NCBI RefSeq assembly: GCF_000143415.4
Contig: NW_003314352.1
Coordinates: forward strand, 488,278-552,277
Direction of reading: 5' to 3'
Source of the DNA: Selaginella moellendorffii
Lineage: Eukaryota; Plantae; Lycopodiophyta
DNA length: 64,000 nt
In this document: positions 50,301 to 63,500 of the stretch, in pieces
How the letters are laid out: each line of letters begins with the position of its first letter
Numbering within the stretch: the first letter of the stretch is position 1
Made by a program: the position numbers and the translations under genes
Notes under the pieces: model-generated
Databases searched by the model: none
Told to the model about the DNA's origin: nothing
The model's input: only the letters and a program-made list of their open reading frames with translations

Positions 50301-53300
50301 CTGGTGATCTAGAGTATTTGGGTGTCCCAATGATGGTCTCCTTGACAATGAACATTTCCTTTTACGACATTGACTCACTATATCGCAACATAAGCAATTT
50401 ATCCCTCGTAAGGGTATATCTAACTTCTTTATGCTATTAAGAAGTCTTAGGTACCTACCTTCTACCTGTTTAACCAATTATCTTGCACCTCTTGCTTAGT
50501 TGCCCCATAGTTGTCAAGTCCTACAACTCATTGCTTGGTGCTTCCACACCTCCATCATTATCTAGGTCACTACACCAGTTTAGGCTATGCCATTCCCTTG
50601 GCAAGGGGTTCCCATGAACCCATCAACATAACCTCAAGGTATCTCACTTTGGCACATTTGGTGTCTCCACACTTACGGCTCTACGAGCTTACCTCTATGA
50701 CACTTCTTACTTGTGTCTAGGTCTTTGCCAAGACCAAAGCAGTTGTTTTTCATGCCAACTATCATTTAGCACTGCATCATAGTGTTCACACACAACTCTA
50801 TGCCAAAGTTGCTTTCTTTTTTGGGGAACACCTTTCCCATGACTTTAGCATGGCATATTTTGCCATCGATGAGATACCCTCTGTTCTCATCCTTGGATCC
50901 TATGATCCCCCCCATCCTTCGTGGTGTACAACACACCTCAGTACAAATGCTTCCCTCAATCCTTTAGGATTATTCCTTGACTCTATTTGAGTCATCTAAC
51001 ATTTTGGACTTTGTCATTCGACGACCCATGAGGTCCTACTTTTGAGGTGCCAGCTCACTGGAATACAACTTCTTGTATTCAAGTCCTACTCACAAAGACC
51101 ATCTTTGCAAGTGTTATTCCGACACTTGATTTGTTCTTTTGGGGCAACCTTTTGCCCCTTAGGACCACTTGTCCATGTGATGAGAATACCAACTCATCCT
51201 TTGAGTACACCCCCAACTCCTTGGGTTGTTCCAGCATTTATTAGAGGTACCTCCAGCTACCATTTCAAAGACTTGTGTCCTTTTCCGTATTTGACCTCCC
51301 ACAGTCATTATTTCTTGTCTTACATTCATGAGCACCAACCTCAACTATATGAGGATAATCTTGTGACTCCTTTATTGCTTTGGAGTCTCTATCTTTCCCG
51401 TGATCCCAACTATAGTTGTTTACCATAATTACATTAGCCAGTTGGCTACATCAAACACTCATCTAGATCACATCCTCAATTCTATGAGGAAACCCTTATA
51501 CTGTTCCCAAGATCCCAAAGTCGTTCCCTTACTGACCCCTTTTTCTATCCACCATATCGCGCCCAAGTTCACATATGAACTTGAGTGGAGAGCCATGTCC
51601 TCTCGACATGCTACTCTTCAAGGATAGGCCCACTCCTAGGACATTTCGATGCCAATATCAATGGTGATATACTTGAGCACCAATAAAAGTCGGACTAAGG
51701 AACAGCTCCGATACCAAGTTGTAAGTGACTAATTTTTCCATTCTACTTTAGTCATTTAACCACACCTCCAACCACTTGGAGGAGTCTCACTCACAACCTC
51801 CATAAGTCTTATTTTGGACTTGGGCTTGCGAGCCCCGAAAATGGCATCCCAACCACTCAACCTTTGCACTTGGTCCAAGTGCTCCACGTGTCCGATCCCA
51901 TGACCAACACCCCAAGGTACCACCAACATATTAGCCCATTACGCTAAGGCTATGCCCATTCACCTTGGTCACATCGGTGGTCTGACACCACTTACATCAC
52001 AGTCCCATCTCCCAAAGATTGGGCCATCTGTCCATAAGTGATCATCCTAGATCTACTCCTTAGCATCCTTAGGATGCCCACAGACATGGGGAATAGCCTT
52101 CCTCAACATCCCTTTTCCAGTCCCCACCAAGTCTCTTTCTGCCCATGGCTGTGTTTGCCAACACTGCCATTGGATCAAAGCCCACAGGTCTGACCACTAA
52201 GTCCCACGGTCCTCTGGGACTTCCTCACCACACGACTGTATCTTTGGTCACTACACCAAAGGACTACTCCTCTTCCTTTCCACAGTCTGGGCTTTTGGGA
52301 CAACATTTTGGAACACCGTGGCCTTATGCAAGCCTCGTGGGTACTCTCTCTACCTTCTGCCCTTGGGTGCTCTAGCCATGGGCTTAGAGCGAGGTTCCAT
52401 TGAGCCACGCTAGGTATCTAAGTAGATAGTGCCACCCACACTTGGACTAGGAGGATCGGCCAGTCGATCTCCCAGGGGAACTAGAGTCGGCTCTTGAACA
52501 CTTCACTAAGCTACCTCGCTTGTCAGTCCATGTTCACTCTAGTCTTGGACTTCCCAGTGGGCAACTCATCACCCAACACTAGGTACAGCCTTCTTGGGCC
52601 AAACTAGCATTTCTTGGCCAAACTGGCTCCATTGTAGTCCTCCCCCCTACTATACTTTTGGAGCTCACCAAACCCCCTAGGGTCTAGGAGACGAACGCTT
52701 TGGGCTTTCACCCTCTCAGACTCGAACTCGGACTCAGACTCAGACTCAGACTCAGACTTGGACTCGGACTCGGACTTGGACTCGGCCTCGGCCTCGACCT
52801 CGGTCATGGTCTCGGTCGCGGTCTCAATCTCAGTCTCAGTCTCGGTCTCGGTCTTGGTCCCGGTCCCGGTCTCAATCTCGGTCCTGGTCTTGGGTCCTTC
52901 TCAGACTCCATCTCAGATTCCATCTCAGGTCCATCTCGGACTCTGTCTTGGTCCATCTCAGACTCCATCTCAGACTCCATCTCGGGTCCATCTCGCACTC
53001 CATCTCGGACTCCATCTCAGGTCCTTCTCGAGTCCATCTCGGACTCCACCTCGGACTCCAACTCGGATCCATCTCGGGTCCATCTCGGACTCCACTTCGG
53101 ACTCTAACTCGGGTCCATCTCGGACTCCATCTCGAACACTTCCACGTGTCATGTGTTGGTCCTTTTGGGTCCCTTTTTTGGAGCCTCGCTTATTATTCAC
53201 TTCATACTTGTTCCTTGAGCACTTTGTTGGGAGTTCCACTCCCGCTCTCGACCTTTCAAGTCGGAGCTTTTAGTCCAAACATGTTATGCTCATTTGGCTT

Positions 53301-53369
53301 TCACTTTGGCCACCACCACATGGCACCCTTCTGGCTCCACTTTGGGGCCTAAGGGTTTTGTGTCTCACA
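47330..53369 (-). mobile_element. Older LARD copy in inverted orientation (5' LTR 51720-53369; 3' LTR truncated, 47330-47685)
   Basis: Reverse complement of the 23572-31199 element; PBS (gctccgatacca) at ~51705; PPT at ~47686-47700. Confidence 0.92.
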
Positions 53370-53524
53370 CTAGCAAATTTAATATAAGGTATATAGGGAT
53401 GCTTTCAAGGGGTAAATGCTAGATCTGGATTTATATTGGTGATAAATTTACTTCTATTACAACCCTATATTTCTATGGGGAACGAAAGCAAGTAAGATTT
53501 TTGAGATGATGTTGATTGTATTAT

Positions 53525-54200
53525 TGTAACATTGTAGTGCAAGTGGTTTTTACCCTTTATCCTATGGTGATTTACCGTATGATAACCACGAAGGCGGAAC
53601 ATAAACCCTCTTTGTGCCACATGACAGATGCCATGTGTCACATGCCACAGATGCCACGTGTCACATGCCACATGTCCAAAGGAGTTTCAAGGCCTTGTGC
53701 CACTGAATGAAGGAACGGTGCCAAACTCCCAAACATGGAGCCAAGGAGTGACAGAACCAAACCATGGAGCAACTCCCGAGCATATAGCCCAAGGAGTAAA
53801 GGGACAGGAGCCCAAAGTGACTTGGAACAGTCCTATAACAACCAACATCCTAATGCTATAACTAGCACACAAAATGGAGCCAAATAGAGTCTAGCGCTAT
53901 TTCGGCATACCGGTGGGTCAATGCAAGGACATGGGTACTCCACTAGCTAACATGGTGTGGAACTTGGGTTTAGACCCAAGCCGGATGCAGAACAAGAATA
54001 AGCACGCAAGTGAGAACTAAATTATGCTTTAGGTTGGTTGGCCATGCCCGACCTACCTATCCCTACTATACATTTGGAAACCCCCATATCCCCCCCCCCC
54101 CCCCTCTGAGGAACACACGCTTTGGGCTTTCACCCAAAGCCTCCCTTAGTATCAGGAGTTAGTCTCTGGATAGGCTCGAAACTTACTAAATATGGAATGT
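53525..54200. mobile_element. LTR fragment of a third family
   Basis: TGTAACA start shared with ~41450-41490 (reverse); tgccacatg repeats; same CCCTACTATAC...polyC...GCTTTGGGCTTTCACCC block. Confidence 0.55.
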
Positions 54201-56650
54201 CCCTATATTGCGAATTTCGACATGAGACAAACACCATTGTGTTCAGGTCAATCTCTACATTCTATCTCTACATTCCGTAGATATGCCAAATAAGCAAATC
54301 TAGACACTTTCCATAAATAGCATTTGGGAATGAAATGTGACTAACACAAAGGGCATGATAGCGAGGGTGTTTGGCACACACAATAAGCTATCATATAGCG
54401 AATATTGAGGGATCAATCTCAATATCACGGGGGTTCTTGATACTAACAAGTGCAAGCCAATGACAGGAGTTTCTCAAACTAGGCCAAGTATGCTCAACAA
54501 GAAACATATATGGTTCCTACCTTATGTTCATCCAATTTAAATGCACGGTCATTGACCAATTTCTCAACTAGCCTATGTAGGAATTGATAACGGGTCTAGC
54601 AATACCAACCTTCTGCCGTTGTGGCAATAAGGAAAGAATATCCGAAAGGACTAGCCAACAAGTAACTTTCGATACCCGAAGTCACATTCATGACACTTTC
54701 CCCTCTTTAGGGAAAATCGACGTCCTCGTCAATGCATACTCCAGTCTAAAATACCGCTAAGGAAACAACTCCAAAAAAAGTTCATGGTATTCACACTATG
54801 AGAGAAATGCACTAACTTAAATGAGTTAGAAGGCAACCTCTTTATCTAACGCAAATGTGCTACCAGCTTAGACACCTTCTGGCCGTCACTAACAAAGAAA
54901 TGACCAATGGTGTTAGCCACCCTTGTTGCTCTAGGTGTCACCCAGCTTACAAAAGTGTGATACACCCCTGCATGCAGGGACATAGAGAGAGAAATTAAAG
55001 GCCCCAACCCTCCTGAGCAAAGAAACCAAACTCACCGATAAAGTTTAGATAGACTATTGTAAATAGGCAGTTAGAATTGTTTACACAGTCACGCTCTTTT
55101 AACAGAATAAGGAACATCGACAGAGAGGCAGGTGATGTGACCAGTCGACAGTAGCTACCCCATGACTAAAGATTTCACCATGCACATGAAGTGTTGAAGC
55201 TAGTTTGCCTATACTAGCCCAAACTCAAAAATCAATAGATGGACAATATCAAAGTCATAGACAATGATATTTTAGAGACTTAATTATCAGTGATTAAATC
55301 TTAGATTAGAACACAAAAGTATTCCTCCAACAAAATTCAATAGCCAATGTATCATCAAGGAAACTCAATAATAAAACTTAACTACCAAAGATTGTAAATA
55401 GTATGCTAAACAACTTACCAAAAACAACCAAATGAACATAAAGTATCATTGACTGACAAGCAAAATAGTCGCGAATGTATCACCCGAAGGAAATAACATC
55501 CCAATCTATCAGAATTAACTTAAGAAATAATCAACAAAATAGAATGAATGTAGTAAGATCAACAAACACTCATTCATGCCAACTATCGCATTAGCCAATT
55601 TAAATAGATTTTGGTCAACAATACCAAGAAACACATAGGATTCCTACCTTATATTCATCCGATTTAAGTGCACGGTCATTGACTAGTTTCTCAACTAGCC
55701 CAAGTGGGAACTGATAATGGGTCCAGCAATACTGACCTCCTGCTGTCGTGGCAGTAAGGAAAGAACATGTGGTAATGCAAAAAGCCAAAAGCTACTAAGG
55801 AGAATCACTAACTATCATAAAAAACCATCAATCATCCTATCAATAAAGAGATACATAATCATTGTCAAAGAAAAAATCCACCATCTCAAAGAACAGCGAA
55901 CTATTTTATATCAACAACAATCAAGCAAAACCTTTTGACAAGGATAATCAACTATCCTAGATGATAGTCAATCATCACCAACAATTGCTAAATGCAAATA
56001 CTAACTATAACATCAAAACTATGAGCCAGAATGTTTTCCCTAACAACTTCAAACAAATGGACCACAAGCATGAAAACTCAAGGAACCAAAAGCTCAAAGA
56101 AGTCTATAACTAAGTCTTGCCTAGCAATGATCACAAGTTGCACATGAATCAACTTCAATGCTAAAGAAAAAATCATGGTGCAACCCACAATATCCCCCTC
56201 AACATATCTATAGCCAAACTTCATAATGCCAAATATAATGAAGAGCATATTTGCATCAATCCAAAAGTGGAGCATAACAAAGTTATGCTCAACAAGTGAT
56301 CACTAAACAATCCTCCATGAATTCATCTATAGTAAAATGTAACTCACTTTATAACAAGCACAAAAAAAATCTTCAATGATCAATATATCCCAACTCAAAT
56401 CCAATAAATATTCAATCACTTCAATATTAATCACTAACTCTTTCATTCGTAAGGCTAACATAGTCCACAACTAAATCATTTTTCAAGGAAAAGCTCAAAA
56501 CTCAACCTCGATTAAGCATCTCGTCTAAAACATAACTAACTCAACTTGCCACTCAGCTTGTTTGAATGTTAATACAGTTGCTAACTAGCAAAGGCACAAA
56601 TGCCAATAACATAAAGCTACAGCCCAAGCATCAACACTATTTGCATCGAC

Positions 56651-56785
56651 ACAAATGAAATTCAATATCAATTTACAAAGCTAGTGTAAGATCTCACAAA
56701 TGAAATTCAATATCAATTTACAAAGCTAGTGTAAGATCTCATAAATGAAATTCAATATCAATTTACAAAGCTAGTGTAAGATCTT
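56651..56785 (+). repeat. 3 x 45 bp tandem duplication spanning the host/Cassandra junction
   Basis: acaaatgaaattcaatatcaatttacaaagctagtgtaagatctc occurs three times. Confidence 0.9.
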
Positions 56786-57548
56786 AAGTTTGGACTTCCC
56801 AAAAGGTCACCCAACCCAGTACTATTTAAACCCAAGGACGCTTAACCCCAAATATCCCAAAACCATTAACCGATTGGAAAAAAAGGTGCACTCTCCTTTC
56901 CTTCTATATTTGAACCCCATTGATCGTTTCTTGAGTCGTTCCCTTTGGTTGTTTATAATCCACCACGCTTCCCTGCAAGTTCACGCCCTCATGAACGAAA
57001 GCTAAGAGTTGTAGCTCTCTTGAGAGCCCCACTCTCTTGACACCCTTCCCCTCGGGTCGAGTCCAATGGTAGCAAACTGGACCTGCCAGATGTCAATCAA
57101 CATATGGTGCGATTCCCCTAGCCAACCAATAGAGTCGAACCCGAGACCCGCTCTGATACCAAATATAAGCTCCTAAGTTTCATGAACGAAAGCTGAGAGC
57201 CGCAGCTCTCCTGAGAGCCCCGCTCTCTTGATACCCTACCCTTCGGGTCGAGTCCGACGGGAGCAAATTGGACCTGCCAGATGTCAATTAACATGTGGTG
57301 CGATTCCCCTAACCAATCAACAGAGTCGGACCCGAGACCCGCTCTAATACCAAATATAAGCTCTTAAGTTTGGACTTCCTGGGAGGTCACCCAACTCAGT
57401 ACTATTCAAACCCATGGACACTTAACCCCAAATATCCCAAGACTCTTAACCGATTAAAAAAAAATGTGCACTTTTGTTCATGGGCCCTTTCCCTCTATAT
57501 TTGAACCCCATGGATCGTCTCTCGAGTCGTTCCCTTTGGTTACTTACA
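56775..57548 (-). mobile_element. Cassandra-type TRIM, tandem form (LTR-internal-LTR stub-internal-LTR)
   Basis: LTRs carry a 5S rRNA segment; two PBS-Met (gctctgatacca, gctctaatacca); TSD GCTAG/ACTAG; empty site visible in the paralog at ~61915. Confidence 0.9.
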
Positions 57549-59514
57549 ACTAGAAGAAACCAAGAGTGAATCACTACTCAAAACTCTCTAGCAATTAAGC
57601 TAACCAAAGTCGAAGATACTTTACTCAGTATCCAAGACTAAACCTTCAACAACACTCAGCTATAGATAACAGGTCATCAAGGAGTGATTCACCACATCCA
57701 AGACTCAATGTAATCCAACACTATGAACTAAACACAACCAAATGATATTGACAAAGGTAGAGTTGACATGCTAACATGGACAACCCATGTAAGATTAACC
57801 AACACGATCCTCCACAACACCATCCGGTAAAAGAAGTTCATTGCTGATAAATTTTCATCGAGTGAAGCAAGTGTTAACAATCCTTAACAAAGTCTACAAA
57901 TAATCATTAGTTGCAAAGCAACCAACAATCACTTTTTAACTTGCCTTTACAAGACCCAAACACTAAACTCATGCCATCAAGTTATATACTCATCCAACAT
58001 GAACATAATACCTCAAGTACAAGATAAAGGTTCATGGATAAGCACAAACTAAATGAATCCAACTCATCTGCAATAAACTCATCAATACATACCATTAACT
58101 CTAAGCATGCCTTGAAGAGGTTAACTATACATGATTAACACTCAGTCGAAATTAAAGTGAAGACCATAAGATGGATTCATATTGGTACACAACCTCCTTA
58201 TAGACAAAGCTATAGTATGGGTACCAACACCTCAACTTTAAACAACTAAGTTGGACATCACTATCTTCAACCAAGGCACAAAACCACAAAGACCAAGTCA
58301 AGATCAGTGAGAGCTCATTATTCTCATAGAGTCTAATGAAATGCAAGGTGCAACCTACCACCAAGCATAATGCTACAAAAGAAAGGCACAAAAGTCACCT
58401 TTCTAAAAAATCACAGTAGCCACTTTTCTACACCAACTCCAGACTCTATCCAACTCAATTGCCTTAACCCCAAAACTTAGCATTTTTTTTGGGTCACATC
58501 ATACAAACTACTTACTAAGGTCTAAGTTAACAAAGTCAACTCCAACCCTTTCACTAATTTGTATTAGCATACAAAAATGGAATGGTTTTCGGACAAAATG
58601 ATCAACAGATCAACCATTGGATAAGTCTAAGAAAATCTATGGAAATTTTTTTTTCCATCATAGAGAAAAAATGACTCTCAATCTAGGAATACAAACTTTC
58701 AAGACTCAACTAACTTCCTCTTACTAACAACTTCACATAAGTTCACCTCAACGCAAATTCTCATGACCAACAATATATCTAAGCATTGAACATTTTTGCC
58801 TATATATTCAACATCCGACATTGACATTCGCAAAATATAAAGTGAACATCCAAGGCTTGATCACAAAGACCATATCTTCAAATATCCACATTGCTTTAAC
58901 ACTTTTTTTCAACCACCTTCAAAATCTAATGTGAAGCCAAAACACTAACAAGGAAAATGACATGGAAAATCAAGTTCCAAGGAAAATTCTTCATCACTCA
59001 ATTATAACAATGTCATCTCCACTAACATAAGTGCTAGCGATGTCAATGCCTTAACTACACACCTTCTTTATCCAACAATCTACTCTAAGTGCTAACAGAT
59101 CAACCAACAAGCTATAGCAAGTAAAATATCATAACCTTTTTCAACACCTAATGTGCAAATACTCAAGGAAACAAAGTACTAACTTAAGCTTAGCATAATG
59201 GACCACTATTGAGAATCAAGTTAGAGCTACTACAATGCTACTATTTGCAAATAGACTAGCTTCACCATCAACCACTTCGGGGTTGATCATCTTTTGATCA
59301 AACAACTTCGTAAACACATTGCTCATTATCACATGGATATGATATAAGTATTACAGCGATTTGATCATCAATTAAGCAACACCACGAGCAATGCCAATGT
59401 CATTACTTTATTACAATTGATTGTGAATTTGTGATTGGAATTGCAAATTTGGACACGAGACAAACACCATTGTGTTCAGGTCAATCTCTACATTCCATAG
59501 ATATGCCAAATGAG

Positions 59515-60114
59515 TGTAAGCAACCAAAGAGAACAACTTGAGAGAAGATCCATGGGGTTCAAATATAAAGGAAAAGAGCCCATAAATAAAAGTGCACCCC
59601 TTTTTCCAATTGGGTAAGGATCTTGGGATATTTGGGCTTAAGTATCCTTGGGTTTGAATAGTACTGGGCTAGGTGACCTCTTGGGAAGTCCAAACTCAGG
59701 AGCTTACATTTGGTATCAGAGCAGATCTCAAGTTTGACTCTGTTGGTTGGCTAGGGGAATCGCACCACATGTTGATTGACATTTGGTAGGTCCAGTTTGC
59801 TCCCGCTAGGCTCGACCCGAGGGGTAAGGTGTCAAGAGAGCAGGGCTCTCGGGAGAGCCGCGGCTCTTAGCTCTTAGCTTCCGTTCACGAAGGCGTGAAC
59901 TTGCAGGGAAGTGTGGTGGATTGTAAACAACCAAAAAGAACGACTTAAGAGACGATCCATGGGGTTCAAATATAGAGGAAAAGGGCCCATGAATAAAAGT
60001 GCACCCCCTTTTCCAATTGGTTAAGGGTTTTGGGATATTTGGGTTAAGTGTCCTTGAGTTTGAATAGTACTGGGCTAGGTGACCTCCCGGGAAGTCCAAA
60101 CTCAAGAGCTTACA
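59515..60114 (+). mobile_element. Cassandra-type TRIM, complete
   Basis: LTRs 59515-59708 and 59922-60114; PBS TGGTATCAGAGC; PPT; TSD ATGAG; 5S rRNA A/IE/C-box segment at 60043-60097; empty site at ~54290. Confidence 0.95.
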
Positions 60115-60517
60115 ATGAGCAAATTTGGACACTTTCCATAAATATCATTTGGGACTGAAATGCAACTAATACAAAGGGCATGATAGCGAGGGTGTTTGGC
60201 AGACACGGTAAGCTAGTAAGCTATCATGTAGCGAATATTGAGGGACCAATCTCAATATCGCAGGGGTTCTTGATATTAGCAAGTGCAAGCCAAAGACAAA
60301 AGTTTCTCAAACCAGGCCGAATATGCTCAACAAGAAACACATAGGGTTCTTACTTTATGTTCATTCGATTTAAGTGCATGGTCATTGACTAGTTTTTCAA
60401 TTAGCCTAAGTGGGAACTGATAACAGGTCAAACAATACCGACCTTTTGCCATTGTGGCAATATCCGAAAGGACTAGCCGACAAGTAACTTTTGATACCCG
60501 AAGTCACATTCGCGATA

Positions 60518-63500
60518 TATGGGCAAAGATGTTCAATGCTTAGATATACTGTTGGTTATGAGAATTTATGTTGAGGTGAACTTATGTGAAGTTGTTAGTA
60601 GAAGGAAGTTAGTTAAGTCTTGAAAGTTTGTATTCTTGGATTGAGAGTCATTCTTTCTCTAGGATAGAAAAAAAAAATTCCACAAATTTTCTTAGACTTA
60701 TTTAATGGCTAATTTGTTGATGATTTTGTTCAAAAACCATTCCATCTTTGTACGCCAGTACAAACTAATGAAGGGGTTAGAGTTGACTTTGTTAGTTTAG
60801 ACCTTAGTAAGTAGTTTGTATGATGTGACCCGAAAGGGATGGTAAATTTTGGAGCTAAGGCAATTGAGTTGAATAGAGTCTGGAGTTGTTGTAAAAAAGT
60901 GGCTATTACGCTTTTCTAGAAAGGTGACCCTTATGCCTTTCTTTTGTAGCATTATGCTTGGTGGCAGGTTACACCTTGCATTTCGTTAGACTCTATGAGA
61001 ATAATGATCTCTCAATGATCTTGACTTGGTCTTTGTGGTCTTATGCCTTGGCTGAGGATGGTGATGTCCAACTTAATTGTTTAAGGTTGAGGTATTGGTA
61101 CCCATACTATAGCTTTGTCTATAAGGAGGTTGTGTACCAATATGAGTCCATCTTATGGTTTTCACTTTAGTTTCAATTGAGTGTTAATCGTGCATAATTA
61201 GCCTCTTCAAGGCATGCTCAGAGCTAATGGTTAAATGCATTGGTGAGCTTATTGCGGATAAGTTAGATTTGAGTGGTCATTTAGTTTGTGCTTGTCCATG
61301 AACCTTTATTTTGTACTTGAGGTATTACATTCTTGTTGGATGAGTATATGCCTTGATAGCATGAGTTTAGTGTTTGGGTCTTATGAATGCAAGTTGAAAA
61401 GTGATTATTGGTTGCTCTGCGACTAGTGATTATTTGTAAACTTTGTTAAGGATTGTTAACACTTGCTTCCCTCGATAAAGATTTATCACCGATGGACTTC
61501 CTTTATCAGATGGTGTTGCGAAGGATTGTATCGTTAATCTTACATGGGTTGTCCATGTTGGCATATTAACTCTACCTTTGTCAAGGATTGTTAACACTTG
61601 CTTTGTTCGATAAAGATTTATTAGCAATGGGCTTCCTTTACCGGATGGTGTTGCGGAGCATCGTGTCGTTAGTCTTACATGGGTTGTCTATGTTGGCATG
61701 TCGACTCTACCTTTGCCGATATCATTTGGTTGCGTTTAGTTCGTAATGTTGGATTACATTGAGTCTTGGATGTGGTGAATCACTCCTTGATAACATGTTA
61801 TCTGTAGTTGAGTGTTGTTGAAGGTTTAGTCTCGGATACTGAGTAAAGTATCTTTGACTTTGGTTAGTTTAGTTGCTAGAGAGTTTTGAATGGTGATTCA
61901 CTCTTGATTTCTTCTAGCTTTATAGAGTGATATTGAGTTTCATTTGTCTCGATGTAAATAGTGTTAATGCTTGGGCTATAGCTTTATGTTATTGGCATTC
62001 GTGCCTTTGTTAGTTAGCAACTGTATTGACATTCAAACAAGTTGAGTGGCAAGTTGAGTTAGTTGTGTTCCAAACGAAATTGCTTAATTGAGGTTGAGTT
62101 TTGAGTTTTTCCTTGAAAAATGATTTAGTCGTGCATTATGCTAGCCTTACGAGTGAAAGAGTTAGTGATTGATATTGAAGTGATTGAATATTTATTGGAT
62201 TTGAGTTGGGATATATCGATCATTGATGATTTTTTTTGTGCTTGTTATAAAGTGAGTTACGTTTTACTATAGATGAATTCATGGAGGATTGTTTAGTGAT
62301 CACTTGTTGAGCATAACTTTGTTATGCTCCACTTTTGGATTGATGCAAATATGCTCTTCATTATATTTGGCATTATGAAGTTTGGCTATAGATATGTTGA
62401 GGGGGATATTGTGGGTTGCACCATGATTTTTTCTTTAGCATTGAAGTTGATTCATGTGCAACTTGTGATCATTGCTAGGCAAAACTTAGCTATAGACTTT
62501 TTTGAGTTTTTGGTTCCTTGAGTTTTCATGCTTGTGGTCCATTTGTTTGAAGTGGCTGGGGAAGGCATTTTGGCTCATAGCTTCGATGTTGTAGTTAGTA
62601 TTTGCATTTAGCAATTGTTGATGATGATTAACTATCATCTAGGATAGTTGATTATCCTTGTCAAAAGGTTTTGCTTGATTGTTGTTGATATAGAATAGTT
62701 CGCTATTCTTCGAGATGGTAGATTCTTTCTTTGACAATCATTATGTATCTCTTTATTGATGGGATGATTAATAGTCTTATATGATAGTTAGTGGTTCTCC
62801 TTGGTAGCTTTTGGCTTTTCACATTATCACATGTTCTTTGTGGTTTGCTCTAAATTGGTCTCTTAGGTTCAAGACATTAGTAGGATGTTGTTGACACTTA
62901 CTTGAGCAACTCTGTTTCCTTGGTATTGTTAACTGGGATCTATTCAAATTGGCTAATGCGATAGTTGGCATAAATGAGTGTTTGTTGATCTTACTACATT
63001 CATTTTGTTTTGTTGATTATTACTTAAGTTAATTCTGATAGATTGGGATGTTATTTCCTTTGGGTGATACATTCGCGACCATTTTGCTTGTCATTCAATG
63101 ATACTTTGTGTTTATTTGGTTCTTTTTGGTAAGTTGTTTAGCATACTATTGACAATCTTTGGTAGTTAAGTTTTATTATTGAGTTTCCTTGATAATACAT
63201 TGGCTATTGAATTTTGTTGGATGGTGAATTTTATATTTCCAAAAACATGATGATCTTGGTGGTTCATATACTGTAATACTAGTTTATCAGATGATAACTT
63301 ACTTGGAATACTTTTGTGTTCTAATTTAAGATTTAATCACTAATAATTAAGTCTCTAAAATATCATTGTCTATGATTTTGATATTGTCCATCTATTGATC
63401 TTTGAGTTTGGGCCAGTATAGGCAAACTAGCTTCAACACTTCATGTGCATGGTGAAATCTTTAGTCATGGGGTAGCTACTATCGACTGGTCACATCACCT

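Larger units (their letters stand above)
54209..60517 (-). mobile_element. Second LARD-like non-autonomous LTR element (~490 bp LTRs at 54209-54695 and ~59442-60517, the latter split by a Cassandra)
   Basis: Direct-repeat LTRs; PPT GAGGGGAAAG (minus strand) abutting the 3' LTR; non-coding interior. TSD not established. Confidence 0.7.

Noticed and set aside
54191-54197. TATGG as TSD for the 54.2-60.5 kb element
   Set aside because: Offset from the plausible LTR end by 2 nt; boundary ambiguous.
60043-60097. 5S rRNA gene
   Set aside because: Only the internal ~55 nt, embedded in LTRs with PBS, PPT and TSD; no 5' half or poly-T terminator.
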